Of a stretch of DNA of 64,000 bases, positions 30,996 to 40,991 are shown in pieces; position 1 is the stretch's first letter; every line of letters starts with the position of its first letter. Below the pieces are notes generated by a model that saw only the letters and a program-made list of their open reading frames with translations, did not search any database and was not told the origin of the DNA. The position numbers and the translations under genes are program-made. The stretch is from NCBI GenBank assembly GCA_963799485.1, contig CAWCXJ010000009.1, positions 163,984 through 227,983 on the forward strand, written 5' to 3'. The stretch comes from an uncultured Trueperaceae bacterium (GTDB lineage: Bacteria > Deinococcota > Deinococci > Deinococcales > Trueperaceae).

Positions 30996-31703
30996 TCAGA
31001 ACGAGGACTCGAGCAGTGCCCGCGCCCGCGCCTGTTCGTTGCGGTCGGCGGCAGTTTCTGCGGGCATCTTCAGGGCCGCCTCGAGCTGCTGCCGCGCCGC
31101 CGCCGGGTCGCCTAAAGTCAGGAGCGCCTCACCGTACTCGAGGTAATGCAAAACGGTCGGACGCACCGCAAGCGCCTGCTCGAAAAGTCCACGCGTCTTG
31201 TCGCTGCGCCCACCAAAGACCCACGGCACGTTGAGGTGCCACAAGGCGAGGGCGTGCAGCGCACCGTCATGTTCCGGATTGCGCTCCAAGATAAAGTCGA
31301 TCTCTTCTTTCATCAGCGTCGCGATGTTGAGCGATTCCAAAACGCCCCGGTACTGCGCCAGACGACCCCACGCCCGCACCAGCGCCATGTGCGCCTCCAA
31401 GTCGTCGGGAACGAGTTCGACAGCCTCTTTTGCCGCTGTAACCGCCGCCTCGTAAAGCGCTTCGGCGGTGTCGCCTTCGGTCTGTCCGGCGGCGTAGACC
31501 TTGGCGTTGGCGAGTTTATAGAGCGCTACACCGTCGCCGGTGGCGTCGAACACGCGCTGATAAATGCCTGCTGCGCCCGCGTAGTCACCGGTGTCGAAAA
31601 GGGTGTCGCCGTCCCCTAAGTCTTGGGCCGCGCCCAGACTCAAAAAACAAAAAACAAGTAGTAGCCACAGATAGTGCAGCGTGCGGGCCGACCTGTTGGT
31701 CAT
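30996..31703 (-). CDS. Secreted TPR-like protein
   Basis: GAGGAGG RBS, signal peptide, helical repeats, WHLNVPWVFGG. Confidence 0.75.
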   Translation of the reverse strand: MTNRSARTLHYLWLLLVFCFLSLGAAQDLGDGDTLFDTGDYAGAAGIYQRVFDATGDGVALYKLANAKVYAAGQTEGDTAEALYEAAVTAAKEAVELVPDDLEAHMALVRAWGRLAQYRGVLESLNIATLMKEEIDFILERNPEHDGALHALALWHLNVPWVFGGRSDKTRGLFEQALAVRPTVLHYLEYGEALLTLGDPAAARQQLEAALKMPAETAADRNEQARARALLESSF

Positions 31704-31752
31704 CAGAAGCCTCCTCGGTTTGGCCCAGCATGTCACACCCGCGCCCGGATTT

Positions 31753-31848
31753 CTACAGACCTGCACCTACAGACCTGCACCTACAGACCTGCACCTACAG
31801 ACCTGCACCTACAGACCTGCACCTACAGACCTGCACCTACAGACCTGC
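31753..31848. repeat. Tandem repeat (CTACAGACCTGCAC) x6 plus 12 nt
   Basis: Identical 14-bp units; the last partial unit is the sirtuin's final codons and stop. Confidence 0.95.
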
Positions 31849-32703
31849 CAAGTGCCCGGCAAGCTCCGGCAGCACCGTACCCAAACGCCCACCGAGTTTA
31901 AGCGCCGCGTCGGGGTCGCCGCGCGTTTCGCCGTCGTTGATAATCACGACCGGTTTGCCCTCCTTGACGGCTTGCACGACGAAGCGGTAACCCGAAAAAA
32001 CCGTTAGCGACGTTCCGACTGCTAGCAGCGCGTCGGCCTCCGCCAGCAGTTCGTAGGCGCGCAGCACCCGGCGTTTCGGAACGTTTTCGCCAAAAAACAC
32101 CACGTCGGGTTTGAGGATGCCGCTACAAAGACGGCACGGCGGGACATTGAAGGTGGCCTCGAGACTCCCTGAAACCTCCGCGTCCCCGTCGGGGGCAAGC
32201 TCGAGGGGGCTTAGCACCAGTTCAGGGTTCAGCTCACGGAGTTTTCCCTGTAGCCCCCGGCGTGAACTCACCGCGCCGCAGTCCAGACACCGCACCGCCG
32301 CCAGAGAGCCGTGCAGCTCCAAGACCCGTTTGCTCCCCGCCGCCTGATGCAGCCCGTCGACGTTTTGAGTGACGAGGCCGGTTACTTTTTTGCTAGCCTC
32401 GAGCCGAGCGAGCGCCCCGTGCGCCGCGTTGGGCCGAGCGTCGGCGACCCGCTGCCAACCCACAAAACTCCGCGCCCAGTAACGCCGCCGCGCCGCCTCG
32501 GAACCCACAAACTGCTGAAAGCGCATCGGGTTACGCGGGGTCTTACGGCTCTCCGGCCCCCGGTAGTCGGGGATGCCCGACTCGGTGCTGAGCCCTGCGC
32601 CGCCCAGGATAAAGAGCCGTTTTCCAGCCAAGAGCGTTGCAGCGTCGGCAACCGACCCGGTGGCAGTTGTACTGTCAGGGCTTAAAACACTCGTATTACT
32701 CAT
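31837..32703 (-). CDS. NAD-dependent protein deacylase (Sir2 family, class II/SIRT4-like)
   Basis: GAGLSTESGIPDYRG, TQNVDGLH, ELHG, two CxxC, APDGD, LKPDVVFFGE, GTSL. Confidence 0.92.
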   Translation of the reverse strand: MSNTSVLSPDSTTATGSVADAATLLAGKRLFILGGAGLSTESGIPDYRGPESRKTPRNPMRFQQFVGSEAARRRYWARSFVGWQRVADARPNAAHGALARLEASKKVTGLVTQNVDGLHQAAGSKRVLELHGSLAAVRCLDCGAVSSRRGLQGKLRELNPELVLSPLELAPDGDAEVSGSLEATFNVPPCRLCSGILKPDVVFFGENVPKRRVLRAYELLAEADALLAVGTSLTVFSGYRFVVQAVKEGKPVVIINDGETRGDPDAALKLGGRLGTVLPELAGHLAGL

Positions 32704-32765
32704 AACTTCCAGCGTAAAGCTCCCTGACGTTCGGGACAAGCGTCCGGTACACCATCGGCTTCGGT

Positions 32766-33716
32766 TTACGCTCTCGTCAACTCATCGATTTCGGCTAGTT
32801 CGTCTTCGGCGAGCTTCCACCCCGCCGCTTGTGCGTTCGCTTCGATCTGCGCGGGTTTGGTTGCCCCGGCGATGACGCTGGTAACGACCGGCTTGCTTAA
32901 AAGCCAGCTGAAGGCCAGCTCGAGCAGTGTCCGGTCTCTCGCCTCGGCAAACGCCCGCAGCTTTTCGACGGTTTCCAGGTTCGCTTGGTTGAAATACTTG
33001 TCGTCTTCGCCGCGCCCGCTCAGCCGTGAGTCCCCGGGGGCCGCTTCACCCGCGTGGTATTTGCCGGTCAAAAGCCCGTTCGCCAGCGGAAAATACGGCA
33101 GCAGCCCGAGGTTGTGCTTTTCAAGGGTCGGTAAAAGCGTCTGCTCCAGCTCGCGTACCAAGAGGCTGTATTCGTCCTGGCTCGAGACGAACCCCGGCAC
33201 TCCTAACCGTTTCGCCTCACTCTGCGCCTCGTCAATCCCGTCAGCCGAGTAGTTCGACAGGCCGATGTAGCGCACCATGCCGCGCCGGGTGAGCTCCGAA
33301 AGGGCCTCGAGGGTTTCTTCCATCGGCGTATTCGGGTCGGGCTGGTGAATCTGGTAGAGGTCTAGGTAGTCGGTGCGGAGCCGCCGTAAACTCCCCTCTA
33401 CTGCTTTCAAGATGTAGCTGCGCGACGCGCCCTGCCCGGGATTATCTGGCGTGCCGTCGTCGCTCATTTTCATGCCGAACTTGCTGGCGAGGATGATGCG
33501 CTGCCGCTCGGAACCCAAAATCGTCCCGAGCTGAGACTCGCTGCCGCCGCGCCCGCCGTAGATGTCGGCGGTGTCGAAAAGGGTCACGCCTGCGCCGAGC
33601 GCTGCGTGAACGACGGCTTTGGTTTGTGACAGTTCCAAGCGCCCGCCAAAATTGTTGCAGCCCAAACCGACTACTGAAACCTCGAGGTCGCTGTTACCAA
33701 GTGTTCGCGTTTCCAT
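32766..33716 (-). CDS. Aldo/keto reductase
   Basis: GLGCNNFG, FDTADIYG, SLRRLRTDYLDLYQIH, IGLSN, YFPLANGLLTGK. Confidence 0.93.
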   Translation of the reverse strand: METRTLGNSDLEVSVVGLGCNNFGGRLELSQTKAVVHAALGAGVTLFDTADIYGGRGGSESQLGTILGSERQRIILASKFGMKMSDDGTPDNPGQGASRSYILKAVEGSLRRLRTDYLDLYQIHQPDPNTPMEETLEALSELTRRGMVRYIGLSNYSADGIDEAQSEAKRLGVPGFVSSQDEYSLLVRELEQTLLPTLEKHNLGLLPYFPLANGLLTGKYHAGEAAPGDSRLSGRGEDDKYFNQANLETVEKLRAFAEARDRTLLELAFSWLLSKPVVTSVIAGATKPAQIEANAQAAGWKLAEDELAEIDELTRA

Positions 33717-33835
33717 AATTTTCCTTTCTTCGCTACCGCTTCTCATCATGCGTGCTGTACCTAAATATCTACGGGCATCTCGCTTACAATACCTTTACGC
33801 TGCACCGCACAGGTTGCACCGAAAGGAGAAGTTTC

Positions 33836-34624
33836 TTGGAATGGTTTGCTTGGCTTGCCGACCCGCAGGCGTGGATTGCGCTTTTGACGCTACTCGCTCT
33901 AGAGATTGTTTTGGGCATCGACAACATCGTCTTCATCTCGATTTTAGCGGGAAAACTGCCGCAGGCTCAGCAGCAGCGGGCGGTTTATACCGGTTTACTG
34001 CTAGCAATGGTCACGCGGGTTTTGCTGCTCTTTTCGGTATCGTGGCTGGTCGGCTTGACCGCGCCACTTCTTACGGTTTTGGGTTTGGCGCTTTCCGGGC
34101 GCGACCTGATTTTGCTGGCGGGCGGGCTTTTTTTAATCTATAAGGCCGTCGGCGAGATTCACGACAAGCTCGAGGGTGAAGAGGGCCACGAAAGCGCTAA
34201 AGTTGCGGCTTCATTTGCCGCCGTAATCGGTCAGATTTTAATCCTCGACATCGTGTTTTCGCTCGATTCGGTGATTACCGCCGTCGGCATGGCAGACGAT
34301 ATTGCGATTATGGTGATTGCGGTTATCGTGGCAATTCTTATCATGCTCGTCGCCGCGAATGCTATTGTCAGGTTTGTCGAAAGCCATCCGACTGTGAAGA
34401 TGCTGGCGTTGTCGTTTCTCATTCTTATCGGCGTTTCGCTCGTCGCCGAAGGGCTGGGTCAGCATATTCCAAAAGGCTACATCTACTTTTCGATGGCGTT
34501 TGCGGTGATGGTCGAGTTTCTCAACATCCGCGCCAAGGGCAGTCAGCCGGTGACGTTCAAGCAGACCTACACCCCCGAAACGCCGCACGTCACGGTAAAC
34601 AAGACTGCTGACGAGACGAAGTGA
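33836..34624 (+). CDS. TerC family membrane protein (second paralogue)
   Basis: LEIVLGIDNIVFISI, DIVFSLDSVITAVG, HPTVKMLAL; TTG start after AAGGAG. Confidence 0.9.
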   Translation: MEWFAWLADPQAWIALLTLLALEIVLGIDNIVFISILAGKLPQAQQQRAVYTGLLLAMVTRVLLLFSVSWLVGLTAPLLTVLGLALSGRDLILLAGGLFLIYKAVGEIHDKLEGEEGHESAKVAASFAAVIGQILILDIVFSLDSVITAVGMADDIAIMVIAVIVAILIMLVAANAIVRFVESHPTVKMLALSFLILIGVSLVAEGLGQHIPKGYIYFSMAFAVMVEFLNIRAKGSQPVTFKQTYTPETPHVTVNKTADETK

Positions 34625-34648
34625 GCGCCCATAAGTGAGTACCCGTAA

Positions 34649-35623
34649 GTGAGTACCCAGGCAAATGACCTGACCGACGCCGTAAATACTCAGGTCACTA
34701 CGACCTCGAGCGCCCTCGGCGGGTTGTATAAAAGCTTTTTGCAGCTTTTGCCCGGTATTTTGGTCGGACTGGTCGTGTTCGTGCTGTTCGTTTTTCTCTC
34801 GGGGCTCGTGCGCCGCCTGATTTTGCGGGCAACCCGCGGAACGGGCTTTGGTAAAGCGGTCAGCCGTCTGGCGCGGCTCGGGGTGCTGCTCGGTGGGCTC
34901 CTCTTGGGCATGGCGATTGCCTTTCCGACGGTCAACGGCAGCAGCCTCCTGAGCGCGTTAGGCGTCAGCGGCGTCGCTATCGGTTTTGCCTTCCGGGATA
35001 TTTTGCAAAACTACTTCGCCGGGATTTTGCTCTTGTGGCGCGAACCGTTTCGTGTGGGTGACCAGATTGTGACCAGCAACAACTTTGAAGGCACGGTCGA
35101 AAGTATCGAAACCCGCGCGACCTTTATCCGCACCTACGACGGGCGGCGCGTGGTGATTCCGAACTCGAACTTGTTTATCGATTCGGTGACGGTCAATACG
35201 GCGTTCGAGGTGCGGCGGCTCGAGTACGACTTAGGTATCGGTTACGGCGACGACCTGGACAAAGCGCAAGACCTGGCGCTGGACGTGCTCAAGACCACCG
35301 AAGGGGTGCTCCAAGACCCGGCTCCGGACGTGCTGATCGTGGCGTTCGGGGACTCGAGCATCGCCCTGCGGGTGCGCTGGTGGGCGCGTTCAAAACGGGC
35401 CGACACCCTGATCGCGCAAGACAAGGTGCTCCGCGCCATCAAACGGGTTTACGGCGAAAACGGGATCGACTTGCCGTACCCGACCCAGCAGATTTTGTTT
35501 CACGACCAGACCGAAGAGACCGACGGCGACCGTACAAAGCAGCGCGAAGGCTGGCCGGCTGGGTCGGAAGCTCCACGTTCTCGCCAGGCACTGCTGAATA
35601 AATCAGGGAGCAAAGATGCGTAA
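34649..35623 (+). CDS. mscS: Small-conductance mechanosensitive channel family protein
   Basis: GVAIGFAFRDILQNYFAG, PFRVGD, IPNS, IDLPYP. Confidence 0.88.
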   Translation: MSTQANDLTDAVNTQVTTTSSALGGLYKSFLQLLPGILVGLVVFVLFVFLSGLVRRLILRATRGTGFGKAVSRLARLGVLLGGLLLGMAIAFPTVNGSSLLSALGVSGVAIGFAFRDILQNYFAGILLLWREPFRVGDQIVTSNNFEGTVESIETRATFIRTYDGRRVVIPNSNLFIDSVTVNTAFEVRRLEYDLGIGYGDDLDKAQDLALDVLKTTEGVLQDPAPDVLIVAFGDSSIALRVRWWARSKRADTLIAQDKVLRAIKRVYGENGIDLPYPTQQILFHDQTEETDGDRTKQREGWPAGSEAPRSRQALLNKSGSKDA

Positions 35624-36962
35624 GTGGTTTAGCAGAACCTTCGATTCACTGCGTGCAAGCTACTGGTTTGTTCCGTCGCTGATGACTTTTGGCGCGATAG
35701 TGCTGGCGCTCGTTATGGTTCGAATCGACCAGAACCTGAGCTTCGAGGCACTTCGCAGCCTGGGGTTCATCTATTTCAACCAGCCCGACGGGGCGCGGGC
35801 GCTCGTTTCAACCGTGGCCAGCGCGATGATTACGGTTGCCGGGACGACCTTTTCGATCACGCTGGCGGTATTGTCGCTCACCTCCGGACAGTTCGGCCCG
35901 CGCCTGCTGGCCAACTTTATGCGCGACCTGGGCAATCAAATCGTCCTCGGTACGTTTGTGGCGACCTACGTCTACTGTTTGCTGGTTTTACGCACGATCC
36001 ACAGTGATAACGACACGATTGCCGCGTTTGTGCCAAACCTGTCGATTATCCTGGCAATCCTTCTGGCGCTTGTAAACGTCGGCGTATTTATCTATTTTAT
36101 TCACCACACCGCCGAGTCGATTCAAGCCTCGACCATTACCGCGCGGATTGCCGGTGACCTCGAGGCCATGATCAAGCGTCTTTACCCTGCGGCTCCCCCC
36201 GAAGCCGAAGCCGCCCCGCCGACCCTGACACCGCGCGAACTCGACCCGCACACGGCGCAAGCCGTCGGTATTGTTCGGCACCGGAGCGGCTACCTGCAAA
36301 ACATGGACGAAGACGGCCTGCTGAACTTTGCAACTGAACATAACGTCACGGTGCAGTGCTTGCTGATCGTCGGTACATTTGTGCTCAGCGACCAGCCTGT
36401 CGCGCTCGTCTGGCCCAAAGATGCGCTTGATGACGAACAGTGCGACGACATCTCGAACTACTTTACGCTCGGGCCACGCCGCACCCCTGCCCATGACCTC
36501 GACTTCTTGTTCGACCAGCTTTCTGAAATGGCCTTGCGCGCGCTCTCACCGGGTGTCAACGACGCGGTAACGGCGATGCGCTGCGCCGACCGTATCGCGC
36601 AGGGGCTGCTGCTGCTGGTTTCGCGGAGGCCGCCCGCCTCACACCGTTTCGATGAGGAGGGGGGCATGAGGCTCATTTTGCCGCAACTCGACCTCGGCAA
36701 CCTCGTCGAAGACACGCTGGGCGAATTTCGCCGGTTCAGCGCCGACAACATGCTCGTGTCGATGCACCTGCTCGACACTATCGGGACACTTTTAGTCAGT
36801 ACCGACAATACCGACCTGCGCCGCTCGCTGCTCAGCGAGGCGGCGCTTATTCGTGAGGGAACGAAAAAGGTTTTGCTCGAGGCCGACTTTGCCCGCCTCG
36901 AGCGGCGTTACGAAGAGGTCGTGAACGCGTCGGGCCCGGTGTTTTTGCGTCCGGCCCGGTAG
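35616..36962 (+). CDS. DUF2254 family membrane protein
   Basis: SYWFVPSL, QFGPRLL.NF, ALSPGVND..TA. Confidence 0.8.
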   Translation: MRKWFSRTFDSLRASYWFVPSLMTFGAIVLALVMVRIDQNLSFEALRSLGFIYFNQPDGARALVSTVASAMITVAGTTFSITLAVLSLTSGQFGPRLLANFMRDLGNQIVLGTFVATYVYCLLVLRTIHSDNDTIAAFVPNLSIILAILLALVNVGVFIYFIHHTAESIQASTITARIAGDLEAMIKRLYPAAPPEAEAAPPTLTPRELDPHTAQAVGIVRHRSGYLQNMDEDGLLNFATEHNVTVQCLLIVGTFVLSDQPVALVWPKDALDDEQCDDISNYFTLGPRRTPAHDLDFLFDQLSEMALRALSPGVNDAVTAMRCADRIAQGLLLLVSRRPPASHRFDEEGGMRLILPQLDLGNLVEDTLGEFRRFSADNMLVSMHLLDTIGTLLVSTDNTDLRRSLLSEAALIREGTKKVLLEADFARLERRYEEVVNASGPVFLRPAR

Positions 36963-36973
36963 TCACGCCGGGT

Positions 36974-37246
36974 TTACGGTCTAAAAAGGAAAATAGCTTC
37001 TTCTAGTGGGATCAGGGTTACCTGGCCCTCTAACCAGACGCTGTCGCCAACTTTGAGCACCCGAAAGTCGCCGTGTGGCAGGTCGATGATGAGTTCACCG
37101 CCCAACACTAAAAGCCACAATCTCACTGGCGCGAGCACCAGCGGCGTGGTTAGCGCCTGTACCGACAATCCATGTGCGAGTACACTTTTTGCCCGGCCCG
37201 ATTCGGCTCTGGCGAGGTTTAGGAGGTTGAGCGGTTCGGAGTTCAC
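36974..37246 (-). CDS. Small cupin-like hypothetical protein
   Basis: LVLGGELIIDLPHGDFRVLKVGD beta pattern; follows topA. Confidence 0.55.
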   Translation of the reverse strand: MNSEPLNLLNLARAESGRAKSVLAHGLSVQALTTPLVLAPVRLWLLVLGGELIIDLPHGDFRVLKVGDSVWLEGQVTLIPLEEAIFLFRP

Positions 37247-37284
37247 CTGACCCCATTTACGCCGTGACGTTTACGCCGTGACAT

Positions 37285-40221
37285 CTACGCTGCAACAGGT
37301 TCTTCTTTGCGTGCCCGCCCGAACGCCATCCGCAGTTTGAACATACCGCGTTTGTGCGCCGCCTTGACTGCCTCTTCAGACATACCTACGCTGTCGGCAA
37401 CGGTGGCAATGTCCTGGGCGCTCTCGCCGCGCATCCCCTCGAGCCTGACCACCACCTCGGCAACGTCGGCGTCCAAGTCACCTAAAAAGGGCTCGAGTTG
37501 ACGCGGCGTGGCTTTGGGGCCGGCGGGTTTTTTGGCGGTTTTGCCGGCAGCTTTCTGCGTTGCCTTTTTCGTTTTAGCCGCAGCCTTTTTCTTGCCTGCT
37601 GCTTTCTTCGCCCCGGTTTTCTTCGTCGGATGGGTGCGCTCACGTTCAGCCAAGAGTTCTAGCGCTTCCGCAAGCGTCACCGTACCGGGTTCTTGCGTCG
37701 TCAACGAGGCGTTCGTCTTCTGATGCTTGACATACGGCCCGTAACGCCCATCGCGCAGGTCAACGTCTTCGCCGGTTTCGGGATGTTGGCCCAAAACCCT
37801 GAGCGGTTTGTTCTTGAACTCTTTTTTCGAGATAAGCTCTAAGGCTCGCGGCAAGGCGACGCTGAGCACGTCGTCTTCTTTCGGCAGCGACGCAAAGGTG
37901 CTGCCGTGTTTGACATACGGCCCGAAGCGGCCGATGGCAGCCTGTACGTCCTTGCCGGTGTCCGGGTGCTGACCCAAGGTGCGCGGCAAAGACAGGAGTC
38001 CGGCGGCAAGCTCGTGGGTGACGGCGCTCGGCTCGAGCCCACGCGGCAGCGACGTGCGTTTGGGTTTGCCCTTGCGCTGCGTTCTCGCTTCGCTCGGGCC
38101 TTGCTCGTCGTCGCCGAGTTGCACGTACGGCCCGTAGGGGCCGGACTTGAGAATCATCACCTCACCGGTTTCAGGAAACGCGCCGATGACGTTGTCAGCC
38201 GCGTTGCCTTCTTTAAGGGCTTTCTCGAGGTATTCGCGGGTGACTTCATCAGGGGCGAGATCGGCGGGGAGCGAGGTCGTCACCGTTTCGCCGTCTATCA
38301 CACCCTCGGTATACGGCCCGAAACGCCCCACCCGCACCAGATAATCGCCCCACTTGGGAAAGCTCAAGGTCGAGATGGCTTTGGCGTCTACCTCTGCCAA
38401 ACTCAGCCGGGTACGCGCCTCGAGTCCCTCGCTACCACGGTAAAAGCGCTCCAAGTACGGTTCAGCCTCGAGGCCACCCGCTGCGATGTCGTCCAATACG
38501 TCTTCCATCTGCGCCGTAAAACCCGTGTCTACGAGTTGAGCGAACTGTTTTTCCAACAGGTTGTTCGTGGCAAACGCCGTAAACGTCGGGACGAGCTGCG
38601 AGCCGTTTTTACGGGCGTACCCCCGGTTGATAACCGTATCGATGATGCTCGCATAGGTACTCGGACGACCGATGCCTTCTTGCTCTAAGAGCTTGACCAG
38701 AGACGCTTCGGTAAACCGTGCGGGCGGTTTTGTCTCGTGGCCCAACGCGTCTAGCTTCTGACACCCGAGCGGGTCGCGTTCACTCAGTTCCGGTAACGGC
38801 TGCTCCTGGTCGTCTAGCGCGGCGTCCGGGTCGTCGGAACCCTCGACGTAGGCGCGGAAAAATCCGGCAAAGACGGTGGTGCGGCCCGACGCCCGAAACT
38901 CGGCCTGCTCTTTGCCCTGACCCACATGAATCCGGGCGGTCACAAATCTGAGGATAGCGTCCGCCATCTGCGTCGCCACGGTGCGTTTCCAGATGAGGTC
39001 GTACAGGCGGCCTTGGGGTCCGGAGAGCCCATGCTCACTCTGCGTTTTCATCTCGCGGCCCGCTGGACGAATCGCCTCGTGCGCCTCCTGTGCGTTTTTG
39101 GCCTTTTTGCTGTACGAGCGTGGGCTCGGGCTCAGGTAGTCCTTGCCGTAACGGGTCTGCACGGCCTTCCTTGCACCTTCGACAGCTTCGGTTGCCAGAT
39201 TGGTCGAATCGGTACGCATGTAGGTGATGTAACCGTTTTCGTACAACCCCTGGGCGAGGCGCATCGTTTCTTTAGCCGACAACCCGAGTTTGCGGCTCGC
39301 TTCTTGTTGCAGCGTCGAGGTGGTAAACGGCGCGGCCGGGGAGCGTTTGCCGGTGCGCTCCTCAACTTTGTGAACCTGCCACGCTTGACTCTTGAGGCGA
39401 GTCGCCAAGCTTTTGGCGTCGTTTTGCGCCAGTAGCAAGATGTCTTTTCCGGCGGTGAGGCCGTCTCTGAGTTTGCCGGTGTCGTCGTCGAAATCGCGAC
39501 CGGTGGCGAGCCGGACACCGCCCAGGTGCGTCATCACGGCGTCGAAAGCGTGTTGGGCTTTCTCGAGCCTGGCCTTCAAATCCCAGTAACTTGCCGGCAC
39601 AAACGCAATCCGTTCACGTTCGCGCATGACCATCAGCCGGACGGCGACGCTCTGCACCCGCCCCGCCGAGAGTTTCGGCGCGACTTTTTTCCATAGCAGC
39701 GGTGAGAGGGTGTAGCCGACCAGACGGTCTAACACGCGCCGCGTCTCCTGCGCGTCTACAAGGTGTTGGTCAATCGCCCTGGTCTCTTCCAACGCCCGCA
39801 TGATGGCAGCTTCGGTAATCTCGTGGAATACCATCCGGTGAACCGGCACTTTGGGGTTCAAGACCTCGACCAGGTGCCAGCCAATCGACTCGCCCTCGCG
39901 GTCTTCGTCGGTGGCGATATAGAGTTCATCGGCGTCTCTAAGCGCGGCTTTCAACTCACTGACGACTTTCTTCTTCTTCGCCGGGACGATATAGATGGGC
40001 TCGAAGCGGTCGTTGATGCCTAACCGCGCCCACGCCTGGTCTTTGTAGCTGCTCGGGATTTCGGCGGCGGAAGCGGGCAGGTCGCGCACGTGCCCCATCG
40101 ACGCCTCGACGCGGTACGACGACCCCAAAAAGCGCCGGATGGTCTTCGCCTTCGTCGGCGACTCGACGATAACGAGTCTGCGCGACCCGCCGCTAGCGCT
40201 TTTTTTCTGTGCCTGACTCAC
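37285..40221 (-). CDS. topA: DNA topoisomerase I with Toprim_C-type repeats, Lys/Ala-rich linker and C-terminal sigma4-like HTH
   Basis: IVESPTKA, ATDEDREGE, SAGRVQS, ITYMRTDS, AHEAIRP, GRPSTYA; GRFGPY repeats. Confidence 0.97.
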   Translation of the reverse strand: MSQAQKKSASGGSRRLVIVESPTKAKTIRRFLGSSYRVEASMGHVRDLPASAAEIPSSYKDQAWARLGINDRFEPIYIVPAKKKKVVSELKAALRDADELYIATDEDREGESIGWHLVEVLNPKVPVHRMVFHEITEAAIMRALEETRAIDQHLVDAQETRRVLDRLVGYTLSPLLWKKVAPKLSAGRVQSVAVRLMVMRERERIAFVPASYWDLKARLEKAQHAFDAVMTHLGGVRLATGRDFDDDTGKLRDGLTAGKDILLLAQNDAKSLATRLKSQAWQVHKVEERTGKRSPAAPFTTSTLQQEASRKLGLSAKETMRLAQGLYENGYITYMRTDSTNLATEAVEGARKAVQTRYGKDYLSPSPRSYSKKAKNAQEAHEAIRPAGREMKTQSEHGLSGPQGRLYDLIWKRTVATQMADAILRFVTARIHVGQGKEQAEFRASGRTTVFAGFFRAYVEGSDDPDAALDDQEQPLPELSERDPLGCQKLDALGHETKPPARFTEASLVKLLEQEGIGRPSTYASIIDTVINRGYARKNGSQLVPTFTAFATNNLLEKQFAQLVDTGFTAQMEDVLDDIAAGGLEAEPYLERFYRGSEGLEARTRLSLAEVDAKAISTLSFPKWGDYLVRVGRFGPYTEGVIDGETVTTSLPADLAPDEVTREYLEKALKEGNAADNVIGAFPETGEVMILKSGPYGPYVQLGDDEQGPSEARTQRKGKPKRTSLPRGLEPSAVTHELAAGLLSLPRTLGQHPDTGKDVQAAIGRFGPYVKHGSTFASLPKEDDVLSVALPRALELISKKEFKNKPLRVLGQHPETGEDVDLRDGRYGPYVKHQKTNASLTTQEPGTVTLAEALELLAERERTHPTKKTGAKKAAGKKKAAAKTKKATQKAAGKTAKKPAGPKATPRQLEPFLGDLDADVAEVVVRLEGMRGESAQDIATVADSVGMSEEAVKAAHKRGMFKLRMAFGRARKEEPVAA

Positions 40222-40397
40222 CTTGCCTCCAAAATCTTGCGCGCCTAGTAAATGCCTAGTAAATAAGGCACGCTAAGCACGCCATTATATAGAGTGCCCA
40301 GCGGTTGTCAATGAGGTGCTATACACACGGTAGAGCTAGCGCCGTAAAATCCGGATGCGTTTACGGTACGTTAGCGGCGAAGGTTTACAACTTGAAT

Positions 40398-40988
40398 CTA
40401 TAACCGGCGACGGTTACTGATGGCGCGTCCTAAGGTTACTTCGTCGGCGTACTCGAGGTCGCCCCCGACCGGTAGCCCGTAAGCTATACGTGAAGTCGGA
40501 ACTTTCATCTCGCCAAGCAGCCGTGCTAGATACATCGCCGTCGCTTCACCCTCGACGGTCGTCGCGGTCGCCAGAATCACCTCTTCGACGTCTTTCAGCC
40601 GTGTCAGCAGCGGCTGTATGGTGAGTTGATCCGGCCCTACCCCGTTCATCGGCGAGAGCGAGCCGTGCAGCACGTGATAGAGCCCGCCGTATTCACCGGA
40701 ACGCTCGATCGCCAACAGGTCGGCGGGTTCTTCGACCACGCAAATCAGGTTCTGTTCGCGCTGCACGTCGGTACAAACGGCGCAACGCTCACTGTCGGTG
40801 ATGTTAAAACAAACTTCGCATTGCCGCAAACTGCCTTTGGCGTTCAGCAGCGCTTCAGCGAGGCCGCGCACCTCGTCGTCGGGCCGGTTGAAGAGGTGAA
40901 ACGCAAGCCGCTGCGCGCTTTTCGGGCCGATACCGGGAAGTCGTCCTAGCTCACGGATGAGCTGGGTCAAAGCGGGAGGGTATTTCAA
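40398..40988 (-). CDS. recR: Recombination mediator RecR
   Basis: LPGIGPKSAQRLAF, C4 zinc finger, YHVLHG, VEGEATA, GGDLEYAD. Confidence 0.97.
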   Translation of the reverse strand: MKYPPALTQLIRELGRLPGIGPKSAQRLAFHLFNRPDDEVRGLAEALLNAKGSLRQCEVCFNITDSERCAVCTDVQREQNLICVVEEPADLLAIERSGEYGGLYHVLHGSLSPMNGVGPDQLTIQPLLTRLKDVEEVILATATTVEGEATAMYLARLLGEMKVPTSRIAYGLPVGGDLEYADEVTLGRAISNRRRL

Positions 40989-40991
40989 GTG

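Noticed and set aside
31753..31848. Possible CRISPR array
   Set aside because: Units are 14 bp and contiguous, with no spacers and no cas genes; it is a simple tandem repeat. ORFs crossing it on the + strand are artefacts.
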